Positions 30,956 to 40,597 of a stretch of DNA of 64,000 nucleotides are shown piece after piece (the first letter of the stretch is position 1; each line of letters opens with the position of its first letter). Origin of the DNA: an uncultured Methanoregulaceae archaeon (GTDB lineage: Archaea; Halobacteriota; Methanomicrobia; Methanomicrobiales; Methanospirillaceae). The notes under the pieces were generated by a model. The model was not told the DNA's origin. It searched no databases and worked only from the letters and a program-made list of their open reading frames with translations. The DNA lies in assembly GCA_963790395.1 (NCBI GenBank), contig CAWBOH010000005.1, positions 11,911 through 75,910 of the forward strand. Reading direction: 5' to 3'. A program made the translations under genes and the position numbers.

Positions 30956-32320
30956 TCACTTTTTCCCGATTATGGCATAATCCTGTGCACCAAACAGTAC
31001 GGAATTCAATAACTCAATATTACGGTTATAAACTTCTGCATTTTTTCGTGCAGGTTCATCCAGTCCCGATGTATCTGAAATCTTTTTCAACCTGCTTTCA
31101 TCAGAAACAGGTGAGAAAAACTTCTTCTCGCTCTCCCGGAACCCTGCAGCACCCAGGAGGAACTGCAGTGTTTCAGGATGAACTGGTCTCTTATGGGTCA
31201 TATCAATGTAAAAGTTGACAAAAGAAACAAATGATAACGGGTTCACTGTCTCTACCACTAAATAATAACCAAACTTCAGCTTCTGGTAACAAAGTGAAAG
31301 CAACCTGATAAGGTATTCAGGTTCGAGATGCTCCACAACCTGATCGATAAAAATTCCATCAAGGCTCTTGTCTTCTTGTTTCTCAAGATACGTAATCGCA
31401 TCCGTCTGTTCAGCATCCAGTGAACGGGACTGGCAGTATGCAATCATATCCGGATCAAGATCCACTCCGATACCGGCAATATTGTTATCCCGGAGGAGTT
31501 CGAGGAATTCCCCTCTCCCACAACCTATATCGAGCACACGGGAACATCTCTCAAAATATGGGAGGAATGACAATTGTCGCTGTTTTATATCTTCCCGGGA
31601 ACCCCGGAACCGTTCTTCAAAAAGGAAATAATTCGTTTCTTTGACAGGGACTGCTCCCGAATCAGAACCTTTTTGAGACCATCCTTTCGATATTCGTTCC
31701 TCAAGAGCGTGAGCGAGTGATGCCCGCGTTTTTATATCAGCGTCCAGCTGTGAAAATAATTCTCTAGTCAGTGTTTCAACTTTTAATTCTAATTCATGGA
31801 TATTTGTTTCATTTTTTGATTCTGATTCACGGATTCGTATTTCATTTTTTGATTGCAGTTCAGTTTTTACCGTATTGATGCTGTCATTGAATTCTAGTTC
31901 TAATCGGGAAAATGTGTTTTCAAGTTCACCACATTTTTCCGTTATCTGAACAAGAAGCCTTACTGTGCTTGCATTGAACTCAGTCTGCCGTGAGATGATC
32001 GGGTCAATATAACGACGTACTTCTCCATGAACAATCTGCCGCCCCTTCACGAGAAATTTTCCTAAAACCGGGTGGTGTGAGCTGATGATATATGAGTTAT
32101 TCTGAAGATCCCAGTTTGAATTGATCAACTCAAGATCCCTTTTAATGGATTTATGAAATTCGTTATTCCTCCCCTCAAGGAACGGGGATGTTATTGATAT
32201 GCCGGAACCCGGGGCTATATCTTCCCCCGCTTTTTTGCGATGTATGCTCTCCCGGATTTTTTTCATGATTTCTTCGGCATTGATTCCATCATCGCGGATT
32301 TCGAGAGTATGATCGTTCAT
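30956..32320 (-). CDS. Methyltransferase with N-terminal coiled coil (candidate glycan chain terminator)
   Basis: FEERFRGS, VLDIGCGRGEFL, QVVEHL, ETVNP, DMTH; E/K/L-rich helical N-terminal half. Confidence 0.88.
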   Translation of the reverse strand: MNDHTLEIRDDGINAEEIMKKIRESIHRKKAGEDIAPGSGISITSPFLEGRNNEFHKSIKRDLELINSNWDLQNNSYIISSHHPVLGKFLVKGRQIVHGEVRRYIDPIISRQTEFNASTVRLLVQITEKCGELENTFSRLELEFNDSINTVKTELQSKNEIRIRESESKNETNIHELELKVETLTRELFSQLDADIKTRASLAHALEERISKGWSQKGSDSGAVPVKETNYFLFEERFRGSREDIKQRQLSFLPYFERCSRVLDIGCGRGEFLELLRDNNIAGIGVDLDPDMIAYCQSRSLDAEQTDAITYLEKQEDKSLDGIFIDQVVEHLEPEYLIRLLSLCYQKLKFGYYLVVETVNPLSFVSFVNFYIDMTHKRPVHPETLQFLLGAAGFRESEKKFFSPVSDESRLKKISDTSGLDEPARKNAEVYNRNIELLNSVLFGAQDYAIIGKK

Positions 32321-32388
32321 GAAACCACCTGGTTTTAAAATTAAGATTCAAGGTATGTGAATAGGGTATAACACGCACTGATTAAGTA

Positions 32389-34194
32389 TTATTTTTCATC
32401 TGGTTTAGTCTTAATCATCAATGATACCGGGAGAGTCTGTATGACATTTTCAAACCAGAAACATGCTTCCTGAACCAGCGTTACCTGAAGAACATACTCA
32501 CCAGATTTTTTTGGAGCAACTACATTTAGTGAAATATGCTGGCTCCCCCCAGGCAATAAAGGATATCGGATATCTGTTCTAATTCCATCAAATACCTCAT
32601 ATATACCTTTCTCATTGAGCCAGTGGTATGAGAGATGAACAGGATTTGGTAAGAGAGATATCCATCTCTCACAACTCAAATTTTTTAGGATAATTTCAAC
32701 AAAAAAATGCTCATCAGGAACTACAATCCCGGGATATGACTGAACTGAAATTTTTACATTGAGATTTTTTGTATCCAGTGGGTTCTGGACCAATCGATGA
32801 ATGATGTCTGAGGGGTCAAGCGGAGAATCCGATGCTACAGCAAAAATACTACGGGCATTTATCGTTTCATTCGTTGAAATTGTTCTTGCCAGAGAGCCTG
32901 CAATATCCGGGGCGGTGGCAACCCAGACGATTGAATGGTGAAAATATTTTTCAAGGCTTTTCTTGAGGGTATCCGGTGTCTGCTCATTGATATGCATAAC
33001 ATCCTCATAATACGTCCGTGGATTCTTGGGAAGGTAACTTCCTATCGAACGGGCCTTGGCTCTTTTCTCTTCGTAGGGAACTTCATAATTCAAAGCGTTT
33101 GGTGAAGTATGAACGATAAAGTGTCCTTCTGGTTTGAGGAGCCTGGCAACTTTTTGGAATGCCAGATCACACCGGGATTTTTCAATATGTTCGATAAAAT
33201 CGGTAGCGATAATTCGGTCAAATTTTTTATCGAAATTGAACTGGAGGAAATCGCTCCAAATAAATTTTAATTTGCCTTTTTTGATTGCATTATGAAATGT
33301 CTTTTCTGCAATTGAAATTGCAGAGGAGGAATAATCTATTCCTGTTACGTTTGCCCCCATTTGAGCTAACGCATAACCAAGTTCTCCTCTCCCGCAACCG
33401 ATATCAAGAATTGAAATATCACGGGTTGGATCGGCAATATATACTGCAGCAAGAAGTCTTTCATCAGTTAATTGTCTGCCCTGATATTTTTTAAACGAAT
33501 TATATCCCCCGCAATCCTGTAAAAAATAGATTTGATCGTACTCTTCGCATATTGTTTGATCCGTATCTATTTTCCGTGAAAATCGGACATTTTTAGCCGA
33601 TTCCTTCGTTTTTATTAATAAATCTCCTCCATATGATGGTATAATGAAAGCATATTCGATAAACTGTTTATATTTATTCAGAAAATACATTGAACTAATC
33701 ATGTTTTCTTGGGACCGGAAATATCCATCCATAAGGATCCATTTCGCTTTCTGAAGTGCAAGTTCAAGGTTGTGAAATGTGCCGTCTCCATCCTGTTGTC
33801 CATCGATGTGGATTAAATCATAATCCACCCCTGGGAGGTACTCCATATCCTGAGTGTTTGCGATTAAAAATGTTGCATTTGAATTTTTTGTAATTTTTTT
33901 TGCCCATTCAATAGCTCCCCGTGATCCTCCAAAAGAGTCGGTATCGTTGTCAATTCCGAGATATGTCGCATTTTGTGATGCAGTTAAAAAGGTAATAGCG
34001 CTATACCCATATCTTACTCCCATTTCAAGAATTGAATGAGGATTAATTGCTTTGCATATGGCATATTTCATCCGGTAATAGGGAACCCATTCAGGAAAGA
34101 GATAGGATAATTCGTCAGAAGGAAATGCGAATTTTCGGAAATCGAAATCAGTTTCTTTATTAAGTGATAAAATTTTTTCCAGCATATTCATCAC
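32389..34194 (-). CDS. Two-domain methyltransferase with C-terminal Ig-like domain
   Basis: ILEMGVRYGYS...DLIHIDG (first MTase); LDIGCGRGE...DFIEHI (second MTase); LSYHW...PGGS...GEYVLQVTLVQE tail. Confidence 0.85.
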   Translation of the reverse strand: MMNMLEKILSLNKETDFDFRKFAFPSDELSYLFPEWVPYYRMKYAICKAINPHSILEMGVRYGYSAITFLTASQNATYLGIDNDTDSFGGSRGAIEWAKKITKNSNATFLIANTQDMEYLPGVDYDLIHIDGQQDGDGTFHNLELALQKAKWILMDGYFRSQENMISSMYFLNKYKQFIEYAFIIPSYGGDLLIKTKESAKNVRFSRKIDTDQTICEEYDQIYFLQDCGGYNSFKKYQGRQLTDERLLAAVYIADPTRDISILDIGCGRGELGYALAQMGANVTGIDYSSSAISIAEKTFHNAIKKGKLKFIWSDFLQFNFDKKFDRIIATDFIEHIEKSRCDLAFQKVARLLKPEGHFIVHTSPNALNYEVPYEEKRAKARSIGSYLPKNPRTYYEDVMHINEQTPDTLKKSLEKYFHHSIVWVATAPDIAGSLARTISTNETINARSIFAVASDSPLDPSDIIHRLVQNPLDTKNLNVKISVQSYPGIVVPDEHFFVEIILKNLSCERWISLLPNPVHLSYHWLNEKGIYEVFDGIRTDIRYPLLPGGSQHISLNVVAPKKSGEYVLQVTLVQEACFWFENVIQTLPVSLMIKTKPDEK

Positions 34195-34261
34195 ACGAAT
34201 CTAAGAGGACATATCAGTTTTTATGGTTAGAATCCTTGTCAAGGGAAAACCGAAAATTCTT

Positions 34262-36052
34262 TCAGGTGATCCATATCTTTTCAACGGCAACTCCAATCTG
34301 TCGATCGTCCTGTGTTTTCAATAATTTTTCAGGTATCCATGTCTGTGTCTTAATGATCACTTTCAATACATTTTTTTTGCGGACCTTGTTAATATCCATT
34401 TCAACAATTGTCCATACATCTGAGGGTACTATAAAATTCTTTGAAATTTCATTTGCATAAATGGTTACTTTTTGCTCCGGAATACTGGTAAATAATTTAA
34501 TTTGTAATGTTTTTTGGTTATTTAGCCTGAGATAACTTACCGATTGTTTTTTTGTCCATCTTATCAATGGCGGCCAATTCTCAAGAGAAAACCACCCTTC
34601 ACCTAAAGACCCTTTATCGTTTTGTCCCATTATTATATCGCTATTCAGAAAATTCTCCAGACCTTGATATGGGATATAATCCGAAATAATTTGTTCAGAT
34701 TCATGAAGGAAATCTCTGGAAAAATGTTTTTTAATTTTATAATAGAATGAGTTTCGATACCTTTCCAGTGAATCAGTTGCATACTGGTGAAGCTGTTTAA
34801 GTTCTTCAGGAGAAAAATTATCTGTTCTCATAAAATATTTATCAGGAACATACTCTTCGCACTCAGAAATTAAATATCCTTTATTTTTTGCTATTGTGTA
34901 CATTTCACTGCCGGGCCACGGCATTGCAATAGCAAATCCGAAGAAATCCGGATCGATCTTTTTTACAAAATTGATAGTATCCTCCACAGAATCCCGTGTT
35001 TCAGACAGATGCCCGATAATGAATGAACCATATGTGCGCAATCCTGCTTTTTTTGTAAGCTTGAATGCCCGCTCGATTTCCTTTTTATCAATATTCTTGT
35101 GGACATCGTTGAGAACATTTTGATTTCCTGATTCGACACCAAAAAAAATCATCCAGAACCCGGCTTTCTTTGCCAGCTTTAACAGATCTTCGTCCACTAA
35201 ATTCTGATTTGCTCTGAATGGCGACTTAAAAATTGATTTTTGATTTAATCCCCGTGAGATAATTCCGTTGCAGATTGATTCGAACCATGATTTATTCAGA
35301 TTAAAGGTATCATCGACGAAAAAAATTTCTCTCACGCCAAATTCCTTCTGCAACCAATCGATTTCCGAGAGGACCGATTCGGGACTTCGGAATCGGGTTT
35401 TCCTTCCCCATACCGGATTGCTACAAAAAGAACACTGGAATGGACACCCCCGGGATGCCATTATCTGAATACTCGGTTGTGCACCAACCGGATATGCACC
35501 AGGATATTTCCTCAGCGATCCTAGTAATTGTAAGGCCGGGAACGGTATCTCATCAAGGTTGGATATGAACATTCGGGGTTTATTGATGGTAACAGATCCT
35601 TCTGATCTGAAAATTAATCCATCCACACCATTGAGATTCCCATTATCCATGAGCGTTTTCACAAGCTCAAGAAAAGTAATTTCCCCTTCCCCGTATATCA
35701 GGAAATCGATAAACACACATTGATTCAGGATTTTTTCTTTAACTGAAGAAGGGTGAGGACCTCCGACAACAATAGGAATGTCTTTGTTCTGTTTGATAAA
35801 TTTTGCAAGCTCATACACCGCTTTGGTTTGTAAGGTATTCATCGTAATTCCGATGATATCCGGTCGATATTCCCGAATCCCTGACATTATATCATCATGG
35901 CTAAGATTGTCAATATCAGCATCGATAACCCTGACTTCAAACCCGTTTTTAAGCAGTACTGACGAAATATATAAAATTCCCTGGGGAGGAAAGACGGTTA
36001 AAAGGGAATTGAGATATCTTGTATTTGGGTTGATAAACAGGATCTTAGTCAT
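34262..36052 (-). CDS. Cobalamin-dependent radical SAM protein with C-terminal extra domain
   Basis: PPQGILYI and VVGGPHPS B12-binding domain, SRGCPFQCSFC, FVDDTF, GVESG. Confidence 0.92.
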   Translation of the reverse strand: MTKILFINPNTRYLNSLLTVFPPQGILYISSVLLKNGFEVRVIDADIDNLSHDDIMSGIREYRPDIIGITMNTLQTKAVYELAKFIKQNKDIPIVVGGPHPSSVKEKILNQCVFIDFLIYGEGEITFLELVKTLMDNGNLNGVDGLIFRSEGSVTINKPRMFISNLDEIPFPALQLLGSLRKYPGAYPVGAQPSIQIMASRGCPFQCSFCSNPVWGRKTRFRSPESVLSEIDWLQKEFGVREIFFVDDTFNLNKSWFESICNGIISRGLNQKSIFKSPFRANQNLVDEDLLKLAKKAGFWMIFFGVESGNQNVLNDVHKNIDKKEIERAFKLTKKAGLRTYGSFIIGHLSETRDSVEDTINFVKKIDPDFFGFAIAMPWPGSEMYTIAKNKGYLISECEEYVPDKYFMRTDNFSPEELKQLHQYATDSLERYRNSFYYKIKKHFSRDFLHESEQIISDYIPYQGLENFLNSDIIMGQNDKGSLGEGWFSLENWPPLIRWTKKQSVSYLRLNNQKTLQIKLFTSIPEQKVTIYANEISKNFIVPSDVWTIVEMDINKVRKKNVLKVIIKTQTWIPEKLLKTQDDRQIGVAVEKIWIT

Positions 36053-36212
36053 AGTTTATTTGTTCCATAAATTGTGAATCATTCGTTGAATTATTACGTG
36101 ATTTGGTGATTATTATTTATCAATTACGTTTTATTATTCGTTCTATAAATATAGATAACCGGCAACCATGTTGATTCATTATTCAACAGATACTTTGAGG
36201 CAACTTTATTTT

Positions 36213-37079
36213 CTATTTTATCGCCACAATGGTTTTAAATTTACGATAGTTTTCAATTGGTATCCATGAATTAACGTGAGGAATTTCAATAATTCTTGAG
36301 AAACCCAGCTCATTTAATCCGAATAATAACAATCCTTTTGAAATATGGGTATTCTCATCGAAGCAATTCGGGAATCGCGAATCCGGGAAAAATTTTTTGG
36401 CCCCATCATAAATGATACGATATTCGTCTGTTTCATCGATGGATGTAAACAACAAAAGAGCTTTCTTTGTGATTGAGGCTAAAAATGTCAGGTAATCCAA
36501 AGGATCGCTCAAGTGACACATAATTGCACTAGAAATCACAATATCCGCAGATGCTGAGTCAGGGATTTCATGTGTCCTCATATCGTACGATTTATTGAAA
36601 AAACTTACGTTATATCCTGTCAGGAAATTTATTGTATCATACACATGAGAAAAATTTAACAGGTCATACCCGATGCACCGGCCAGCACTCCTGTCCTTGA
36701 ATTGATAGAGAAACCAGCCGGCATTGGCGGCAGTATCAATAACGCTATATCCGGAAGGATTGTCCAATAAATTGAGTACACAATCGATCCAGGATGCATA
36801 CATATTTTGTTGTCTGCGGTTGCAATCAGTAAATATCTCCCATCTCTCGTCAGTGATATATCCGTTAACCTGTTGTAATGGATGATTTGGGGCTACCCAC
36901 CGGTAAGCAATATCGTTCGCCTTATCCATAGCTATGATCAAATCTCCAGTTATCCAACTATAACAAATACCGGACATTAAATTGTCCGAAAAAATGAATG
37001 GTTGATAACATCCCTCGCCAATGAGTGACTGAATTTGTTGAACGGTGGGATTATATTTTCTTAAATCCATGTAAATCAA
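36213..37079 (-). CDS. Putative SAM-dependent methyltransferase-fold protein
   Basis: VIDTAANAGWF motif I variant, AIMCHLSDP. Confidence 0.6.
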   Translation of the reverse strand: MIYMDLRKYNPTVQQIQSLIGEGCYQPFIFSDNLMSGICYSWITGDLIIAMDKANDIAYRWVAPNHPLQQVNGYITDERWEIFTDCNRRQQNMYASWIDCVLNLLDNPSGYSVIDTAANAGWFLYQFKDRSAGRCIGYDLLNFSHVYDTINFLTGYNVSFFNKSYDMRTHEIPDSASADIVISSAIMCHLSDPLDYLTFLASITKKALLLFTSIDETDEYRIIYDGAKKFFPDSRFPNCFDENTHISKGLLLFGLNELGFSRIIEIPHVNSWIPIENYRKFKTIVAIK

Positions 37080-37118
37080 TTTTTCTTTTTTTAACCATAA
37101 TAAATGTCTTGACGGTAA

Positions 37119-38378
37119 TCACAAATATTCTTTAAATATTTCCAATTTAGCGTGCAGATTCACGATCCCTGCGAATTTTAAATTATTCGAATTATGAATT
37201 ACTTTGATCATAATCACGTCCAATAAAAACAAACAGTATTCCCTGAAGGTACCTGAGAGAAATTTTCCATTTGCGACGCCAACGCTTAGCGAATAATCTC
37301 CGGGCGCCACCGGAAGAGACACGGTGCATTTCATCGTTACTATTTCTCCCTCTTTATGAGCTGAAGTTTCAAGATTCAGCGATTCAGTTGAGACACCGTA
37401 GACCTCAATGCCATATCTGTCACGGATAATTATTCCGTAGTGCGGATCTGTAAGATCTGCTCTGGATAGAATTTTGCTCACAACTTCTATAGAATCTCCG
37501 CTCTCGATTGAAGTGATTTCGCGACCGGAGGTATCATAAATCCTGATGGACTGTAATTCGACTTGATTTGTTGAAATACCAGGACTTCTGTCAAATTTAT
37601 TGATTGTTTGAGGATCTTTTTTACTGTTGCATACTTCTACCGGAACATCCCCCTGATGTGTTTTCTTCAGGATCATATTCTGGTAAAAATCCACAACATC
37701 CTTGGGCTCCCCGGAATCAATCACCCGCCCATGGTCCAGCATAATTGCCGAGTCGCACAGCGTTTTCACCGCATTCATATCATGGGACACAAAAATGATT
37801 GATCCTCCTCCTGCACGGAACTCCCGGATCTTCCTCATGCACTTCTGCTGGAAGTATGCATCCCCCACAGAGAGCGCCTCATCTACAAGGAAGCAGGTCG
37901 GTTCCGCATGTATTGCGATGGAGAATGCAAGCCGCATCGTCATTCCTGAAGAATAGGTCTTGATGGGTTCGCTGATGAATTCTCCGAGTTCGGAAAAGTC
38001 GATAATTGTCTGCTTTTTCCGGTCGATCTCGTCCCTGCTCATGCCAATAAGGGTGCCATTCATGTAAATATTCTCAAGGCCTGTCATTTCCGTGTTGAAA
38101 CCAGTGCCAAGCTCAAGAAGTCCGGTCACTTTCCCGTCCATGGTAATAGAACCGCTGTCAGGGATTACAATGCCGGAAAGAATCTTTAACAGCGTTGATT
38201 TGCCGGCACCATTCTGCCCGATAATGCCAAGAATCTGACCTGCACCTACCTCAAAGGAGATATTTTCCAAAGCGCTGAAATCCTTGTGATATTGTTGCCT
38301 GAAGATGATCTCTTTAAGCCGGTCTGCAGGAGAATGGTAGAGTTTAAATTTTTTTGAGATCCCTTCGACCTTAATCAT
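37119..38378 (-). CDS. wzt: Polysaccharide ABC exporter ATPase Wzt with C-terminal carbohydrate-binding domain
   Basis: GQNGAGKST, YSSGM, DEALSVGDAYFQQKC, VSHD; Wzt_C-like tail (PGDYSLSVGV). Confidence 0.93.
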   Translation of the reverse strand: MIKVEGISKKFKLYHSPADRLKEIIFRQQYHKDFSALENISFEVGAGQILGIIGQNGAGKSTLLKILSGIVIPDSGSITMDGKVTGLLELGTGFNTEMTGLENIYMNGTLIGMSRDEIDRKKQTIIDFSELGEFISEPIKTYSSGMTMRLAFSIAIHAEPTCFLVDEALSVGDAYFQQKCMRKIREFRAGGGSIIFVSHDMNAVKTLCDSAIMLDHGRVIDSGEPKDVVDFYQNMILKKTHQGDVPVEVCNSKKDPQTINKFDRSPGISTNQVELQSIRIYDTSGREITSIESGDSIEVVSKILSRADLTDPHYGIIIRDRYGIEVYGVSTESLNLETSAHKEGEIVTMKCTVSLPVAPGDYSLSVGVANGKFLSGTFREYCLFLLDVIMIKVIHNSNNLKFAGIVNLHAKLEIFKEYL

Positions 38379-38451
38379 ACTAATACACCGGTTATATCAC
38401 TAAGAATTCTTTTTCTGCAGGTAGTTTTCTTTATCCTCTTTGAATATCGTA

Positions 38452-39252
38452 TCATATAAAATCCCGGATATCCTTTTCCAGTTTTTTAAAGATCGCATAA
38501 TCCAGGACAATCAGGATACCACTCATGATCAGGACGAGTGATAGATAGAGAAATGAGGGCATTTTCTGTAAGATGAATATGTCATGATACGCGGAAATGA
38601 ATGCGAGGGCCGGGTTCCAGAAAAGAATTTGCTGAGCCAGAGGTGGAAGAATCTCAAACACGTATACAATGGGGGTAAACCAGAACCAGATCTGGAAACC
38701 AATGGTGACGACCTCCCTGAGATCCCTGAGAAAAACTACCATCATCGCGAGGAAAAACCCGAGAGCATATGCGAAGATCTGCTGGATGAGATAGATCGCG
38801 GGAATAAACAGAAGATACGGGGAGAACGAATACCCGGTAAAAAGGAGGATTAAAAAAAATATAACAAGGGTTACAATAAAAGTAATTGTTTCTGATAATA
38901 CTATGAAGAGAGGCAGAGTAGGGAGATCCAGGTGAATCTTTGCAATGATATTTTTTTTATCAAGAAATACCGTGGAAGAACGTGTTACCGTATTTGCAAA
39001 TGCAGTCCATGGGACCAGCCCTGCAATGAGGTAGACCCCATAACCCCACACAGATGCCATTCCTGGCAGCCGTGCCCCCATGATGCTGCCAAAAATAATC
39101 ATATAAATGAGGATATTAATGAGAGGATAAATGAACGACCAGACAAATCCAAGGGCGGATCCTGAATACCGCTCGGTAAAATCCCTTTTTGCGAGATCGA
39201 TTATCAGGCTGAAATTCAAGACAGACACCCTGTGAAATTTAGAAGATTTCAA
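38452..39252 (-). CDS. wzm: Polysaccharide ABC exporter permease Wzm
   Basis: RYSGSALGFVWSFIYP, RDL, WFWFTPIVY, WNP; adjacent to wzt. Confidence 0.92.
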   Translation of the reverse strand: MKSSKFHRVSVLNFSLIIDLAKRDFTERYSGSALGFVWSFIYPLINILIYMIIFGSIMGARLPGMASVWGYGVYLIAGLVPWTAFANTVTRSSTVFLDKKNIIAKIHLDLPTLPLFIVLSETITFIVTLVIFFLILLFTGYSFSPYLLFIPAIYLIQQIFAYALGFFLAMMVVFLRDLREVVTIGFQIWFWFTPIVYVFEILPPLAQQILFWNPALAFISAYHDIFILQKMPSFLYLSLVLIMSGILIVLDYAIFKKLEKDIRDFI

Positions 39253-39345
39253 TAATTCCCGTAGTAACGAACGTATATAAGGTATTTTCTACCTTCCATA
39301 TATAATCAGGCAATCTTGGTACAACAGACAGGATATACCATTGGT

Positions 39346-40419
39346 TTATTGCTTCTGTTTTACAACAGCTTTCATTTTTTCTGTAAAAACCGAGATATCA
39401 AATTTTTTTGCCTGCGCTATGCAAGCCTTCTGAAATGACTCGGGAGCCCGGGACACTTCATAAACGGCATTTATTATCGCAAGCGGATCCGGATTTACAA
39501 GGCGGCCGGTATCCTCCGTCACTGTTTCACAAAAACCTCCTTCATTTACTGCAACAACTGGTTTTCCGCTCGCCATCGCTTCAAGAGGTGTCAGGCCGAA
39601 ATCTTCATCAAGTGCTGTACAGACCAGTCCCTTACAATGTGCATAGAGATTAATGAGTTCCTCTTCCGGTATTTCTCCGAGGACACTTATGTTTTCAGGT
39701 AAATCCTGTAGCAGTTGCTTCGAATACTTTTCGGCGTGATCTCCTTTCGAAAACCCACCTGCAATAACAAGATTCTGATCCGGCATCCGGCGAAAGCTTT
39801 CAATTTGCAGCTCGATGCGCTTCTCGGGATAAAGTCTGTTTACTGATAACCAGAAATCCCCATAATCCCTGCAGGAGAACCGGGAAACGTCAACCGGAGG
39901 ATAGATCACATCTGCATCATAATGGAGAAAACGTGATACTCTTGCTCTGGTTACCTGGGAAATTGCGATTATCCGATCAATATCCCGAATTGATCGGCGG
40001 TCGTACCAGCGCATACTATGTACCCAGAATCGAAACGCATTACGCGTGAACACGTTTTTCTGTCGCTGGAGAAATACGTCATAAAGGTCATAAAAAGGTC
40101 TTACAGGACTATAGCAATACCAGAGATTAGGGTGATTCAGGTGAGCTGCATAATGACTCCAAAAACCTGAAAAAATAAAAAAGTCATATTTATCGGAAAG
40201 ATCACAGAAATAAAACTTTTTTTGTGCAGTAAATTGTTTAACCGGTGGTAGTTTAAACGTATTTCCCAGTGAGATAACCCTGCCTTTAAATGGTAAGTTT
40301 TTCAGCGAAGTTGTATCAGTTGTGACGATATCCCCGTGAAAAATGTCAGCGAGGGTAGTTACCACTCGCTCCCCTCCCCCGATAGCACCGAAATAATCAT
40401 GAAAGATTGCTACCTTCAT
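39346..40419 (-). CDS. GT4 glycosyltransferase
   Basis: [36 protein letters not shown]. Confidence 0.92.
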   Translation of the reverse strand: MKVAIFHDYFGAIGGGERVVTTLADIFHGDIVTTDTTSLKNLPFKGRVISLGNTFKLPPVKQFTAQKKFYFCDLSDKYDFFIFSGFWSHYAAHLNHPNLWYCYSPVRPFYDLYDVFLQRQKNVFTRNAFRFWVHSMRWYDRRSIRDIDRIIAISQVTRARVSRFLHYDADVIYPPVDVSRFSCRDYGDFWLSVNRLYPEKRIELQIESFRRMPDQNLVIAGGFSKGDHAEKYSKQLLQDLPENISVLGEIPEEELINLYAHCKGLVCTALDEDFGLTPLEAMASGKPVVAVNEGGFCETVTEDTGRLVNPDPLAIINAVYEVSRAPESFQKACIAQAKKFDISVFTEKMKAVVKQKQ

Positions 40420-40597
40420 AGCATTTCACCGTTTTTCACTCTGCTCTTCCATAATTTCTTGTGGAAGTTCTTTGCCATATTCGCGTTACCCTCTTATATT
40501 GAAATAAGACCGGCAGCGCCGTTCTCCGAATTTTTAATATTTGCAATAGTTACACTCCGGGCAAATTCAAAAAATCGCCAAATCCTGTACTGCAACC

